From Zootoca vivipara (lineage: Eukaryota): 64,000 bases of DNA. How positions within the stretch are numbered: the stretch's first letter is position 1; the number at the start of each line of letters is the position of its first letter. The stretch covers positions 48,112,001 to 48,176,000 of the forward strand of contig NC_083281.1 of assembly GCF_963506605.1 (NCBI RefSeq), written 5' to 3'. A model generated the notes under the pieces. That model did not search any database and was not told where the DNA came from. It saw only the letters and a list, made by a program, of their open reading frames with translations. Of the stretch, positions 24,501-46,799 are shown piece after piece. The position numbers and the translations under genes were made by a program.

Positions 24501-26421
24501 GACAGCAAAGAGAGTGAACAAAGAACAACAGTCCCACTTCAGGAACACAGTAACACAAACATCCTGTCTTCCTCACTTCCCACTGTGTGGAGTCAAAACA
24601 TACACAGTCATGTGATAGACAACAATCCCATGAATGCAAACACAGGGAATGAATCTCCAACATTTGCTTCTGGGTTGGGTCAGCTTTGGCTAGCCTGAGG
24701 CCTTTCAGATTATTTGGACTACAGTTCCCATCAGACACAGCCAGTGCTTGTCACTTCCAGCACCGCTGTGCTGGCTGGAGCTGATGGGAGACCTCGGAGG
24801 GCCTCAGGCTGAGATAGGCTGGTCCTCTTTGACCAAAAGCATCTCATTGGTTGAGACAAGCCTGTTGGCAGTGAGTGCCCTCTGAGCATTGGGGGGTTTC
24901 TGCCAGGAGAGGCTTTTGACATCTTGCCTCTTTCGTCCTTCCTGGAGTTGAGGCTGCACCCCCTTCCCCATCTCCTTTGCCGTTGTATCACCACTACATG
25001 CCCCTTGCAGGGTCCTGCATACCTCCAAGGTTCCTCTTGACTTCTGTCCCTTGCGTCCCCTTCTGCACAGAGCCCTGGAGGCCAACCGCTACAACCACGT
25101 GACGGCCACCTACTTCCTGCTGGCTGAGAGGATCCTGCGGGAGAAGCAGGAGAAGCAGAGTCCTGGGGCCAGCCTGGCCTACAACCTGGCACAGCACGTC
25201 CAGAGCAGGCAAGTCTTGAGCTCCTTGGGGCAGGGGTTTGCTTTGACCATCATTGCAGCTTTCTGAGCATCTTCCCTTTCCCCCTTTTCTTTCAGGAGCT
25301 CCTTTAGTGCCATGGGGGACCCCGGCCAACTGCTGCCCACCACAGGCAAAAGCCCTCAGCCGCTGCCCACAACCAAGAGCGCCCTCGAGGCCTTTGCAGA
25401 GCATTCTGGGAAGTCCCTTCTGTCCTTCTCTGCGCTGGGGGAGGACGAGTTGACTTCCAGCTTCCACGGGTGCGGGCAGCCCATCAGAGCCCTGATCCGG
25501 CCCTCGCTTATCGAGACCCCCATTGCCAAGAGCACCCCCGCCCTGCAGCAGATTTCGGAGGAGGAAGAGGAGGAGGAGGAAGAGGAAGAGGGAAAGCCTG
25601 GCCTGTTCCGCAGAAGGACATCTTCCCTGAACCAGGAGCAGATGAGCGACTTCCAGAGTGCCAAGGCTTCCTTGCTCTTCTGCCGGAGTCTTGCGTCCCA
25701 CAACAAAACAGGGAAGGCTCTCGGCCCAGGATTCCCCAAGGCCTGTGGCAGCCTGGAGCCTCAAGGGCCTGAGGGTGGCCTCTCCCTGGCAGCACCACAG
25801 AGGCCTCAATGCCCGCAAGGCGAACAGGAGGAAGGCACGGGCGCCCAGGTGGGCGGGAGCCTCTGCCTGCCACGGGAGGTGGGCCCAGAAATGCCAGCAG
25901 AAGGAGGGCCAAGAGGCAGTTCTTGGATGGGTGGCGAGGAGGGGAGGAAGGGCAGTGCCATCTTGGAGGCAGTGAGCAGAAGGGAGCAGCCCCCAGGGAA
26001 GGAGGAAGAGGCCAACAACAACACCCCCCCAGGGAAAGGAGGCGCCCGGGAGGGGGAGGAAGAAAGACTCTTGCAGAAAGAGCACGGGCCACGCAATGAC
26101 GACGAGACTCTGGCTCGGGGCAGCTGTGGCCAGAGAGCAGCTGGGATGAGCCCAGCTTCAGACCCGGAAGGCCAATTCCGAAAGAGCCCTGAGATGGGAC
26201 CAGCCCAAAGGCCGAAGCAGGACGGCCACCGGAACGGCAGTGGCAGTGAGGGCCTGGCAGATGTGATCAAGCTGGACCCTGCCAAGGGCAAGAACGCCAA
26301 CCTGAAGGACCGGATTCTGCAGTTCCCGCTCTGTGAGAAGGCCCTCGCATTCCGGATGCGGCCCGCCTCCAAGGAGAGCCTCCTCTCTCTGGGACAGTTC
26401 AACTGTTGCCATGTCATCTGA
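15184..26421 (+). CDS. SNF-related serine/threonine kinase-like protein (SNRK paralog), 736 aa; join(15184..15775,22970..23111,23786..23998,25071..25208,25296..26421)
   Basis: Complete kinase domain ([41 protein letters not shown]); UBA-like region ([16 protein letters not shown]); poly-Glu tract; SNRK-type ending ILQFPLCEK...CCHVI. Exons of 592, 142, 213, 138 and 1126 nt keep frame; the last intron is GC-AG. Confidence 0.93.
16125..16205. mobile_element. Short palindromic squamate MITE family copy
   Basis: CCATCATCCCTGGTCATTGGCCATGCTGGCTGGGGTTGATGGGAGTTGTAGTCC; related copies near 24700-24800, 34385-34740, 35455-35535 and 63140-63250. Confidence 0.6.
16364..16743. mobile_element. Young CpG-rich hAT MITE with an internal inverted repeat
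   Basis: TIRs CAGGGGTCCCCAGACT and AGTTTGGGGACCCTG; perfect 8-bp TSD TGATGAGC at 16356-16363 and 16744-16751. Confidence 0.9.
17932..17970. repeat. Imperfect (TG)n microsatellite
   Basis: Direct reading. Confidence 0.85.
21485..21526. repeat. (CA)n microsatellite
   Basis: Direct reading. Confidence 0.9.
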
Positions 26422-28503
26422 GCTGTACGTCTGCATCTGCAAGAGAGGGATGTGGGCTGAGGAGGGGGGTGGCGGCGTTGGTGGAAAGGGCAAGGCCCCC
26501 AGCCAGAGGGCCTCAGGTCTCTCCATTCCCATCATCCTCTGCTCCCAGTGAATGGCTGCCACCATCCTGCCCACCCACCTGCCTGCCTGCCTGCCTGAGA
26601 TTTCCATTTTGACTCTCGCTCTGTATATCTGCTTGAATCGGGTGAACCAAATGGCTGCTCCTCTCCCTCTCCCCCCCTTGTGCCAGCTGATGCTGTCCAA
26701 AGGCCACAGCCCCCACCCCACCCCCTTAGTTCACTGCATGCTGAACCTAAATCTCCACCCAAGACCAGGGTGTGGGTGTTCGTGTGCCCAGAGCTTCTCA
26801 ATAGCAAATCGGCAGTTCCGATTCTGCTGGGAGCTCTGGGGCAGCTCAGCTGGAGAGAGGCCAGTGGGTCTAGGGAGGCCCGTTTCCTTCTATGTCCCCC
26901 TGCTAGAGGCCAAGGGTGCCTGTCGCAGAGGCAAAACGGATGTCGCTGGTCCTAAAGCTGACAGAGGTGTTGTGGGCGGAGATTCCTTCAACCTCCTTTA
27001 CAGTGGCCAAAGAGCAATCTTTCTCTCCCACCACCCCAGCAAGGCTCCCGACGTGAGTCTTGCCATGTGGGGCCCTGCAGGTTTACTTATCCTAAACAGG
27101 TCAGCTTCAACGGCCACCTTTCTTGCCCCTAAGGCCAACTCAGATGGAAGCCACAGTGCTCCCGGCCACCTTCGCTCTGCTTCCAAGCCCCAGCCACCAA
27201 CTGCTGCTTGGCTGTGCCTGCTGAGGCATCCCAGATTGTGACTGTCTGAGCTGAGCTCCCAGATGCTGCTTCCCCTTTCCTGCCAGGGAGGGACCAAAAA
27301 GCCAACTCTGGCCTGCATTTGCTAGTGGCTGCCTTTGCTTTAAGCTGACGTGGCAAGCTTTGTAGTTTGCAAAGGGGCAGCAGACCCAGGCCTGGACTCA
27401 AGCTCCTCTTCAGATGCCCTGGGAAGGCCCCTGGCTGCCTCTTCTCCTCCCTGGGCTAGGAGTCCAACAGTGTTGGCTGGCCGAGGCCTTCTCTTCCTAC
27501 CCCATCACCTCCCAGTCCCATCTCTGTTTTGGAATCAGAGCCAGGCTGCAGGGAGGTGCAGATCAAGCACCAATCTGGGGTCAAAATTAGACACACACAC
27601 CCTGCAGGGTAGAACAACTCCTGAGCACCAATGCCAAAAGCAGCTACTGATGTCACCACCTCTCCTGTGGGCCAGGCAACTGAGGTTGTGGCACTGCACC
27701 CGTGGCAGGGCTGAGAGCACCCCCCTCTTGGTCTTTCCCAACTGCTGGGCATGGGTCGAGAACGGGTGCTGATGGGGTTCCTGCTTTGCCCTTTATGAAG
27801 GCATCCCTCTCCGTTAGCACTATCCCTGCTGTTTTTGCCCTGCCCCTTATGGACTAGCTGCTTGGTTTGAGTCCCTGCTGGGCTGTGCAATGGAAGGAGT
27901 CCTTGCATCTGGTTGTGAGCTGCCTGCCTCTTTCTGGCCCGTCCCCCTGGACCCCTTCCCGAGGAGCCGCATGCATTTCTCTTCCAAAGCATCCCAGCTC
28001 TGCCGAGCCTGAAGAGGTGAGGTTTTTATAGCAATTGAAATATTTTTTAAGAATAGTCTATTTTAATGTAACATAGAAAGCTCTGTATCCCTTTTCCCTG
28101 CAAGCCCAGGGGTTTCCCCAGGCAGCAAATGCACTTTTTAGGAGTCAACTAGCCATGCTCTTATCCCTGCCTGTTCCTCCCCCCCCCGTTTGCCAGCAAT
28201 GTTGCCCCTAAATTCCCTTCCCTTCTTTTTCTTCCGTCCTCCTGAAGGACTTTGCCAGTTCGGGTGGGCTGGATGAAGGAGGAGGATGCCACCACAGAGG
28301 ATGGCTCCTAGCCATGCTGGGGAGGGACTTCTGTGTGTCTGTGTGTGCGCGCCCGCATCACATACGCACCCCCCTCCCCATTGCGTTCCTCCCTCCTTCC
28401 CCCCCTTGAAGTGCTGCCAATCCTCATCCGCCTCCCCATTTATGCCCTACACCAAAACCTCCATCTTCTCTCTGAAACTCTTCCAGGAAAATAAGCTTTC
28501 TGT

Positions 28504-28504
<1 letters not shown>

Positions 28505-28549
<45 letters not shown>
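28505..28549. repeat. (TAT)n microsatellite in the probable SNRK-like 3' UTR
   Basis: About 15 TAT units. Confidence 0.9.
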
Positions 28550-28654
28550 CCTTCTTTCTTGCTGGCAAGAAATGAATTGGGGATTTGATTGCTGAGCTCC
28601 CGCTGGGTTCTGTATCAAGTGCACTGACTGGATCTAAGGCAGCAAGTGGAGTCC

Positions 28655-28660
28655 AATAAA
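28655..28660 (+). terminator. Candidate poly(A) signal of the SNRK-like gene
   Basis: AATAAA followed by a GT-rich element (TGTGTGTTT) about 30 nt downstream; implies a 3' UTR of about 2.2 kb. Confidence 0.5.
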
Positions 28661-30919
28661 ATGGCTGTGCTGGACTCTGGAGCCGCCTGTGTGTTTCCTC
28701 CCTCAGGGGAACATTGGGTGGGGATGGGTGTGAGCAGGAGGAGGAGGATCCCACTTCAATCTTGCCTTGTGGCTGTTTTCCACTTTCAACATGGCTGCTG
28801 CCACAGGGGAGTTTGTGCCTCTGAGCAGGATGAGGGACAGTGATGGAGGCGGCAATTCCACACCTTGCCTCCTACGAACACCTGAAGCTGCCCTTCTTCA
28901 ACAGGGTGCCTTCCATATGTTTTGGGTTACAATTCCCAGCCAGCACAGCCGCCCAAACATCTGGAGGGCAGCTGGCAGTGGGAAGTTTGGAATAAATGGC
29001 AACCCCTTCTAAAGGTGGGACAGAATAAAGCAGCCGTGGCAGAGCCTCTTGGAAGCAAAGAGGCCTAGTGGCCCCTTCGAAGCCTGAGAGGTGGTTCCTC
29101 ACGGCCTGAGCTTTTGTGGACAAGAGTCCCCTTCATCAGACCCACAAAGTGCTGTTCTCAGTTATCGGCTGTACAAATACGCACATTGTTCTAGAAAGGG
29201 AAAGAATGGAAGTAGTGGGGGCAGGAGGCCATGAAAGGCGAGAGGCTTGTGAATTCATAGCCATTTGGCCTCACACTTTACCATTCTCTCTCTCCTCCTC
29301 CCCTGCCAATTCAACATGCCAACTGAAGATATCCAAATCTGCCTCCCAAAAGCCTCAGCCATATTTACTCTCTTAAGTCTGAGACGCCACGAGACAGAAC
29401 TGTTTTATTTTTACCGAAGGAAAGATAAATGGGAAAGCTGGGTTAACCTGGGGTTACAAAACTGCAAGAGAAAAATCTGCAAATGGCTGGCCAAAGGCAA
29501 CAACAGGAAAGAACAAATGTCAGGAGGCACCACATTTGCCTATTATATAAACTCTTGCCAGTCTCGGCCAGCCAAAGTTTCACAAGGGCTGGCCAGGTCT
29601 CACCAGTGCCCCTGACCCACACAGTTGCTGGAGGGAAGGCAGTGAGGCACATGCAGTCTAAGAGAGGTGTGCCAAGAGCCATCGCAAAGTTTCCAAGTAC
29701 GTTTGGGGCATGTGCAAAGTTGGCAAGCTGAGCAATCCTTCGCAGCCAGGCTGCAAGGGGTCTCCTATGCAGTCAGGCTAGGGGAGGTACTTTGCCTGAG
29801 GCCTCCTTGTCAGAGTGTACCATGCTGGGTTCAGTGCTCTGACTCTGTAGGAGGCATCTGTACAAGCTGATATATAGGCAAAGGTAATACAGTTATCTGA
29901 GATTCTGTAACCTGCAGAATAAAGCGGTAAGATCACTACATTCCCTATACAGAGAAAGCCCAGAGTGGGGCACAATTCTGTCTGCTTTGCATCCACTTGT
30001 GTACTTTGCTCAGAGGTCAGTCTCTCTCTTTGTATTTTGCAGCATGTTAAACAGCCATGGTCAGGGCAGCCAGCAAGTTGACTGAGACTGTGTAGGGGGA
30101 CAAGTGGGGGGTGAGGGAGAGAGATGTGTGCTTGCTGTGAGGGAAGCGGCCCCGTCAAGGAAACATATGCTTCACACAATTTTTATGAAGCTTTGAAGCC
30201 ATTTGCTGATAATACCAACAGTTCCTGCTTCATGCTCACACCAGTTGGTGCTGCCCAGCTTACACTGGGCTCCGCTGGGCACTGAATTTCCGCTGATACA
30301 AAAAGTGCCACTGATTTTTGATGTGGTATACCTTTCTTTGTTTTCTGAGCCAGAAAGTGGTTATACATTGGTGTAGAGCAAACACTTGCAGCTGACTGCC
30401 CTGAACTGCCACGATATGCATAAGCTTCCTGCAAACAGATGTCCCATTTTTGGTTGGCTTTCGGCCTGCAGACAAACAGTGAGGAATGCAAAGCTTTTAG
30501 AAGGGGTCTTGCTGAAAGCTGCATTTGTGGCTCCAAGCTGTAGTCATATGGATAGGAATCTCTGGCATCAGATGGTTTTGATTACTCCGGAAATGTCAGT
30601 CAGTCAGTAAGATTTCCTCCTTACTTGAGGGTAGCTTTTTCAAATTCCAGTGCCAACCAAACTCCTTTGGGTGCCCTTTGATTGAGAACAAGGCTTTCAA
30701 TACTGGGACAAGTCACGTCTCCTCTGCCACCCATTCCTGGAAGGGTTGGGGCCAAGAGTCCCAAGCAGCTCAGTGGGGCTGTTCTGTGCACAGAGTCTGC
30801 TAATAATTTCCCCACATCCCGCCCTCTCGCCCTCCCTCCTACAAATAGTGTGCTCCATCGGAAAGGCTGCTGCTTTCTAGACCAGAGGCAGTGTCTGGAG
30901 GGACAGAGCAGAGTCCAGG

Positions 30920-40473
<9,554 letters not shown>

Positions 40474-43176
40474 AGACCCAACACAAAGACAAACAGGAGA
40501 AATGAAGGCCCTGCGCTGAGGAGATTGGGGCCATTTTATGCCTCCTGCATAGACACGAAGCAGGATGACTCATACGTGCCCCCCACATCCCCCAAAGTCT
40601 ACAATGTTATGTGCAACACAGCTGGATGCAGAGGTGCCTTGCAGGATCCTGCCTCCCCTCTTGTTCTGAGAGGGAAAGACTCCTCCAAATTGCCAACAGC
40701 TGCCTGGAAAATTTCCATTGCTGGTGTGATTGTTGGGGCCCCTGACCTGAGAGTTCATGTTCCCCCAGCATGGTTTCAGTTAGGTTGGCAGGTGAACTAG
40801 CCCAGATATTTATTTACTCAATGCAAAAAGAACAAGGAGTCATGGGACACATTGAAGACCAACACATTTTATTATGGCATATGCCTTCCTGGGCTGCAGC
40901 CCCTTCATCCTATGCATGGAGTTGTGGGTATATCTAGACATACACATAGCTGTAGGGAGCGAACATCGTCAGACACATATTAAACACAAGAAGTATAGGC
41001 TGTATCAATTGTATTAAAGGTTAACAGGGCACCTGAGAAGGGCGACAGCCAGAAGAAGAGGATGATGAGCTGATGCCAACATCTAAAGGCTGTGCCCAGC
41101 AGTGGCTTCTGGCTTTGACTGCATCTTCCAGAAAGGGGTGGCAGCAGGAGGAGAGGAGAAAAACCCTCCCCTTCTCCTCCAACTGCCCCCCCTCTCCAGA
41201 AGACTAAAGACAAAGCTGGAAGCTGCTGTTTTACACAGCCTTCACATCATGTTGGCTTTGGGCTTCTCATTCTCTGGTTGCCACCCCTTTCTGGCCTTGG
41301 CTCCCCAATGTTGGCTGTGGGGCAGATGGAGGGCAACTGCCCAGGTGCCCTCACCTCTGGCTGCACTGCCCAGCATGGTGGTGATGAGGACATCCCTCCC
41401 TCTTCTTAGAGGACGTCCCTATGCTCTGCAGAACTTGGCCAGCTTCAAGGCCCCTGCCCTGGGCAGGCTCAGCACCCTGATCCCATAAACAAGCTGTATG
41501 GCATCAGCAACATCCTTAGCACACCCATGGCTACAGCAACGTCTGCCTGCAGTTTTCTCACTGGCCTGCCCCTCCTAAAGGAAGGGAAGACTGTGTCTAG
41601 GTACCCCAAGCCCCTGGCGAAGCTGCCCAGCCAGCCTCCCAACTTGTGGCCTGTATTTATGCGGGGTTAATCCTGGAGTGACCCTAGGCTCACCTGTCCA
41701 GGTAAGGTAGATCCTGGCGAGGAAAAGGGGTGTGGGAGGTTATATGAAGGAGGGGATAATTGTTATAAAGGGAAGGCGGGATTCATTTTAACTAACTCTG
41801 TAATCCTGATAATTTCCGAGAGAGAGCCCGAGATAGGGTAGAACAGCACACTGTCCATGAGTGGAAAATCTCTCTCCTTTATTACTTGGCAAGTTGCACA
41901 GCTAAGTTCTGCTGCAGTAAACAGGTTCTAGCTTAGGACTCATTGAAATGGGAAAGGAGACAAGCTAAAATTCAACTTGTCCAGTTGGATTTATCAGATG
42001 TTGGTGAATGCGGGGGCTAGGGGCCGGTTCCTTCCACTCTCCATCTCCCAAGCCAGCATTGCTTCCAGGAAGGTGCTGTTGAGGAAAGAAGGAAACTCAA
42101 AAGTTTTAAGGCAAGAGAGAGAGAGAGAGAGAGAAGTCCCCCCAAAGTGCCCCCTAATATAAAGCCCTCTCACTTGAAATATTTTCCCACACTCTTGGTT
42201 CTCTCTTTGGTAACACCCCTGAATAATTTTAGTCCTCTGTTCCACCAATTCTGTATGGGAATAATAAATGCTATACTGACCTATGCAGGGCTGTTGAAAG
42301 GATTTCTGAGATAATGTATGTGAAAGCTATGAATGTATTTTGTTTTTCCTGTCTCATGCCTGACACTGGGGATTTGGGGATGGCACAACTATTTGTCTTT
42401 AATTTAAAGAGGAGAAATGATTTTGGAATGATCACGGCACAGGCATTTTGATTTTACTTTTTAAAAATGGTTTTTGGTTGCTTGGTGCTGGTTTTTATCT
42501 TTTCCTTTCTGTCCTTTAGGATTCACAGCAGAAACCTATGCATGCTTACTCAGAAGTCTGTCTCAGTCTCACTATATTCAGTTGGGCTTACTCATAGGTA
42601 AGGTGCATAGGATTGCAGATTTAGCTGCATTCCCAGGGTCTTGGTAATCTCAGGATTGAGTATTGGATGTACCTTATCTCTGTCTGTACATATGTTAATG
42701 TGTGTACACTGCAAGGCATCAGCAATGCAAAGGTGGTCATTTTGCATACTAGGCTACAATGGCTGGTTTTGAACCGTATATTGTAAGACAATGTTTTTTC
42801 CTACTATAGCTTTTACAATTTTTTTGTCATTTCATTTATCTGTTGGAGATAAAGGTATTGTACATTATCCTTTCCCTTGCACATTTTTTCCTCACGAACA
42901 ATCTGGTGACATGGGGTAGGTTGAGAGGTTGCAATTGGCTCAAAGTGACCTTGTGAACTTTACAAAGAAGCTGGAATTTGAACCTGAAACCCGAGTGCAT
43001 TGCTGTGTGCAATGGGTAGGGAGGGTGGGGAAAACACTGAGTTTGCACAATGTTCCTTGATGTCTGAACTGGAATGCTAAAAACAGGTAAACTCAAGTTC
43101 TAGAGGGAACAAAACACTACAACTTGATTTTTGTGGGCTTCGTTGTGTGTGGACTACAGAGTTGTGTTTAAAAGTC

Positions 43177-43312
43177 CAGAGCCTCCAAGTGTCCCTATTT
43201 TCCAGGGACACCCCTGATTTAGAGAAGCCGTTCCAGTTTCTGATTTGATCCTTGAAGTTGCACTTTTCCTTAGGATGTCCCTATTTTCATTGGATAAATT
43301 TTGGAGGGTATG
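43177..43312. mobile_element. Degenerate MITE
   Basis: Imperfect TIRs CAGAGCCTCCAA and TTGGAGGGTATG; internal repeated TGTCCCTATTTT. Confidence 0.55.
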
Positions 43313-43685
43313 GAGTTATCCAACCCCCAATCCACCTGAATGCAATCAGAGCCATGCCCTGCTTTATTTTCTTCGATTCTCCAGAGGGGTGCAAAGTTGG
43401 GAGGATTTGGGGGAACTCTAAGGGGAGCCTAGATACAGCTGCCTAAGCCTCCTGCTTGGGGGTAAATGCAGGGGTTCACCAGATGGCTGACCTTGGAAAT
43501 AATGGATGGTGAAGTGCAAATGCTGTGGTGAAAATATGTATTTCTACAACAACACAATTCTGGAGAAGAAATGGACTTGGTGAAAGGAGAACAATGATTG
43601 AAAGGATGCATCCAGATTTACACACCAGCAAGATGAAAAGAAAGAAATAATACAGAGACAACAAGTAATGATTTAAGGTGGAGTG

Positions 43686-43775
43686 CATAGCTGCCAAGTT
43701 TTCCCTTTTCTCGTGAGGAAGCCTATTCAGCATAAGGGAAAATCCCTTTAAAAAAGGGATAACTTGGCAGCTATG
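43686..43775. mobile_element. 90-bp hAT MITE
   Basis: Perfect 15-bp TIR CATAGCTGCCAAGTT; perfect 8-bp TSD GTGGAGTG at 43678-43685 and 43776-43783. Confidence 0.92.
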
Positions 43776-45414
43776 GTGGAGTGGCAAAGGGCAGAGTAAC
43801 CTCATTTGTTTTGTTTTCATTCTGTTTTGGTTTTTTTTAAAGGGAATTGACAAATAGAGGGAGGGAGACGGGGTAAGGGAGGACAAAAATGTAAATTTAA
43901 AATAATTTTGGATTTAAGATTAGATTCCATAAGAAATGGAATGTGAATTGAAAATAAATAATGTAACATTAAAGCAGTAACTAGGGGATAGGAGGAGCAC
44001 ATTGACGATAGAGAGTGGGAGGTAAATTTAATGGAAAAATTGAATTAAATTTGATGTAATTAGGTACTGGTTTGTTAAAAATTTGGAAAATTAATAAAAA
44101 ATATTTGGGAAAAAAGAGTTCTCTTTCCCAAAGAAATCCACTCCCCAAAGGCGCAATACAAAGGTCATATCACAAAAAGGGGAAATTTTAGCCCCTGACC
44201 TGTCAAAGTGTCTCTTTCACCTTTGGGGCCAACATTAGTATATCTCTTTGCTATTACAATTACCGTAGTGTCTGTTCACATAGTCCTTTATTTATGAGTA
44301 GATAGCCCTCTTTAGGTCTTTTGGTAGGTCTAGTATTGCCAATTGACAGATTGCTGGAAAGGTCAAGCATGTGCTGTCACACACAGGGGATTGTGGCTGC
44401 CCCTGATCTGACCACCTCAGCCACTCAGCACTACTTTGTCTATGTCCCTTGTTTTGGCTTCCATTTACTAGCAAACCATTTTATTCAAACATTTACAGTG
44501 TTTCTCATTCCTAAAATAGTTGATAGGCCTTAATTAATATTATTAATTATGTGGGGGGTTATTGGGATGGGTTATTGATTTATATTTTGTTCCTGTTCTT
44601 GTGATGTATTTTGTGCTTTTATATTGCATTTTTATGTAGTCAGCGCCCTGAGATCTGTGGATTAAGGGCAGTATACACCTTTAATAAATACATTTAATAA
44701 TACTAACTTCCACAAGGTGCGTGTCTCTGCTTTTCCCCATGCTGTTTGATGGATGAGATGTTGGCAAGCTGTTCTGCAGAGCCAAGCCTGCTACTTACAG
44801 AGTTTTTCCTATAGAGGCTGCTGTTTCCTACGGGGATTTAAAATTTAAAGGACAACTGGCATTTTATCAGTAGCGCTTTCTTTCGTTGTATGGGGCCGTT
44901 TGTGCTTCTGTATCCTTGTAAACATGCACTTATCCACATGTGTTATATTCATGACACAAGGTTAATCATTCTATGGCTTGGATTGCTGTAAACAGTTTCA
45001 ATGAGTGTGTGTGTGTACATGAGACAACGCAGTATAAAAATAATTTTATGAATGAATGAAAGAAGGAAGGAAGGAATGTAGTGTCCCTCTCTTTTTCTCT
45101 CCCTTTCAGCCCACAGGGTGCCTGGTAGACCCTGAGGGCAAGCAGCTCCTCCCAACACCCTCTCCTTCCCAGGTCCCCCCACAAGGGAAGGTAGCAGCGA
45201 ACACCAAAGCCCCCCAGGGGAGCAGCTTCCACCAGGAGACCCCCCCCCCAGAGAATGAGCAGCTCACCCCAATAGAAAGGGCAGCCCCCAAATCTTCCTC
45301 AAACCAAGAGAAGGGAGCAGCCTGCTCCCACTCCCTCCAACCCACAATAGGGGGCAGCCCCCACTCTTTCTGCAGGAGAAGGGGCCACCCCATCCCACCC
45401 TTCCAAATCTTCCT

Positions 45415-45590
45415 TATCCCACCCCAGTCTGTCTGTGAGCACTTAGAAAAGGATGCTGTGATTACCAAGACCCAGCATGGGTTTCTCAAAGACAAGTCAT
45501 GCCAGACAAATCTTGCTTCTTTTTCCGATGGAGTTACAAGCTTGGTGGATCAGGGGAATGCTGTGGACGTAGTGTATCTTGATTTCAGTC
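45415..45590 (+). mobile_element. CR1 reverse-transcriptase internal fragment
   Basis: Translates as QHGFLKDKSCQTNLASFSDGVTSLVDQGNAVDVVYLDFS, a typical CR1 RT segment. Confidence 0.9.
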
Positions 45591-46799
45591 TATCTTAGTT
45601 CCTCACTGCATATTGAGGAGCATTCCTTCACATTAGCTGCCACCCACCTAAGCCCAAGTTGGCCACTTCACCTACTGCTTGTGAGAAGGAGGCTGATGCA
45701 ACACTAGCAGCATACCAGCCTCACTCCTAAGTCCCCCAACTGTGCCTCTCTGCCAGTGGTTTGAGCTGCTGTGCCTGCAAGTCACACAACCTTCTCTACC
45801 CCTCCTCAGGTGGGGTGGAAGAGGGGGGCTTTCCACAGTCAGCCCCACTCCACTCAGCTCCGATACATGGAACTTGGGGGCAGGGGCATATTGAGCTTGG
45901 CCTCTGGCAGCAAACGCTTTGGGGGCTGGCCCTACAGGCAAGTCTGTTGTTTTACCCATAATATTTATTTATTTATTTATTTATTTATTTATTGACTTTC
46001 TATGCCACCCTTCCTCTGAGGATCTCAGGACAGTGTATAATATAAAAACACAAAAATACATAACATAAATATTGTACATAATAAAATGGCAAAAAATGTT
46101 AAAATTAGCTGTAAAAGCAAATTTTTAATAGAACACGCTGCCAAACATTTGTGATATGTTAAATTCCCAGTCAGCTGGGACAGCCCCTGGTTTGCACCTG
46201 GGGTCAGGGCTTTGCAGGGACTCATTCTGAAAGGGTGTGAGGGAATTGGTTCTTTCATGTTTAGATTTGCTGTTGAAATTGCACTTCAACTCAGACAGAA
46301 AAAAACAGCTTATGGCTGTGCTTTAGGGCAAAACCTGATCAAAAACCATGACAGTCTAAAATTAAGTGGTGGAATGACCTACAATGGCAGAAGTGAAAGC
46401 AGCTTGTTGTTGCTATTTATTGCTGCAGCTTAATGCTGCCGCTCCCCTCCCGCAGATCAGCTGGGAGCCGCTGAGCAGTGCCTGGGTCTAATCCCCGCCA
46501 GCCGACCCTTCCAGCCTTGGCAAGGAAGGCACCAGAGAGCGCAGGCGCACTGAGGCAATGCAGAAGAGATTTGGACCATTACCTGCCCTGTCCCAGGCAG
46601 ACAGAAGAAGAAAGCCTTTGTGCCCTCGGCACCCGCTTGAAGAGAGCCGAGTTGATTAAGTGCCCGCGTTTCAGTGGGTCACAATGGATTAAACGGCCTA
46701 TTTATCTATTCATTTAAAATGTTTAAAGTTGGCGCATCACCCCTGAAGAACACAATTTATTTTTTAAAAAATACCCAGCCATGAAACGCTCCCCAAAAG

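Noticed and set aside
24994-26085. 363-aa antisense ORF and other long overlapping ORFs on the last kinase exon
   Set aside because: Shadow frames of a GC-rich coding exon, with no recognisable domain or independent gene structure.
30670-30765. Possible HNF4-like sites upstream of LCAT
   Set aside because: Matches are too partial to support without a motif scan or conservation data.
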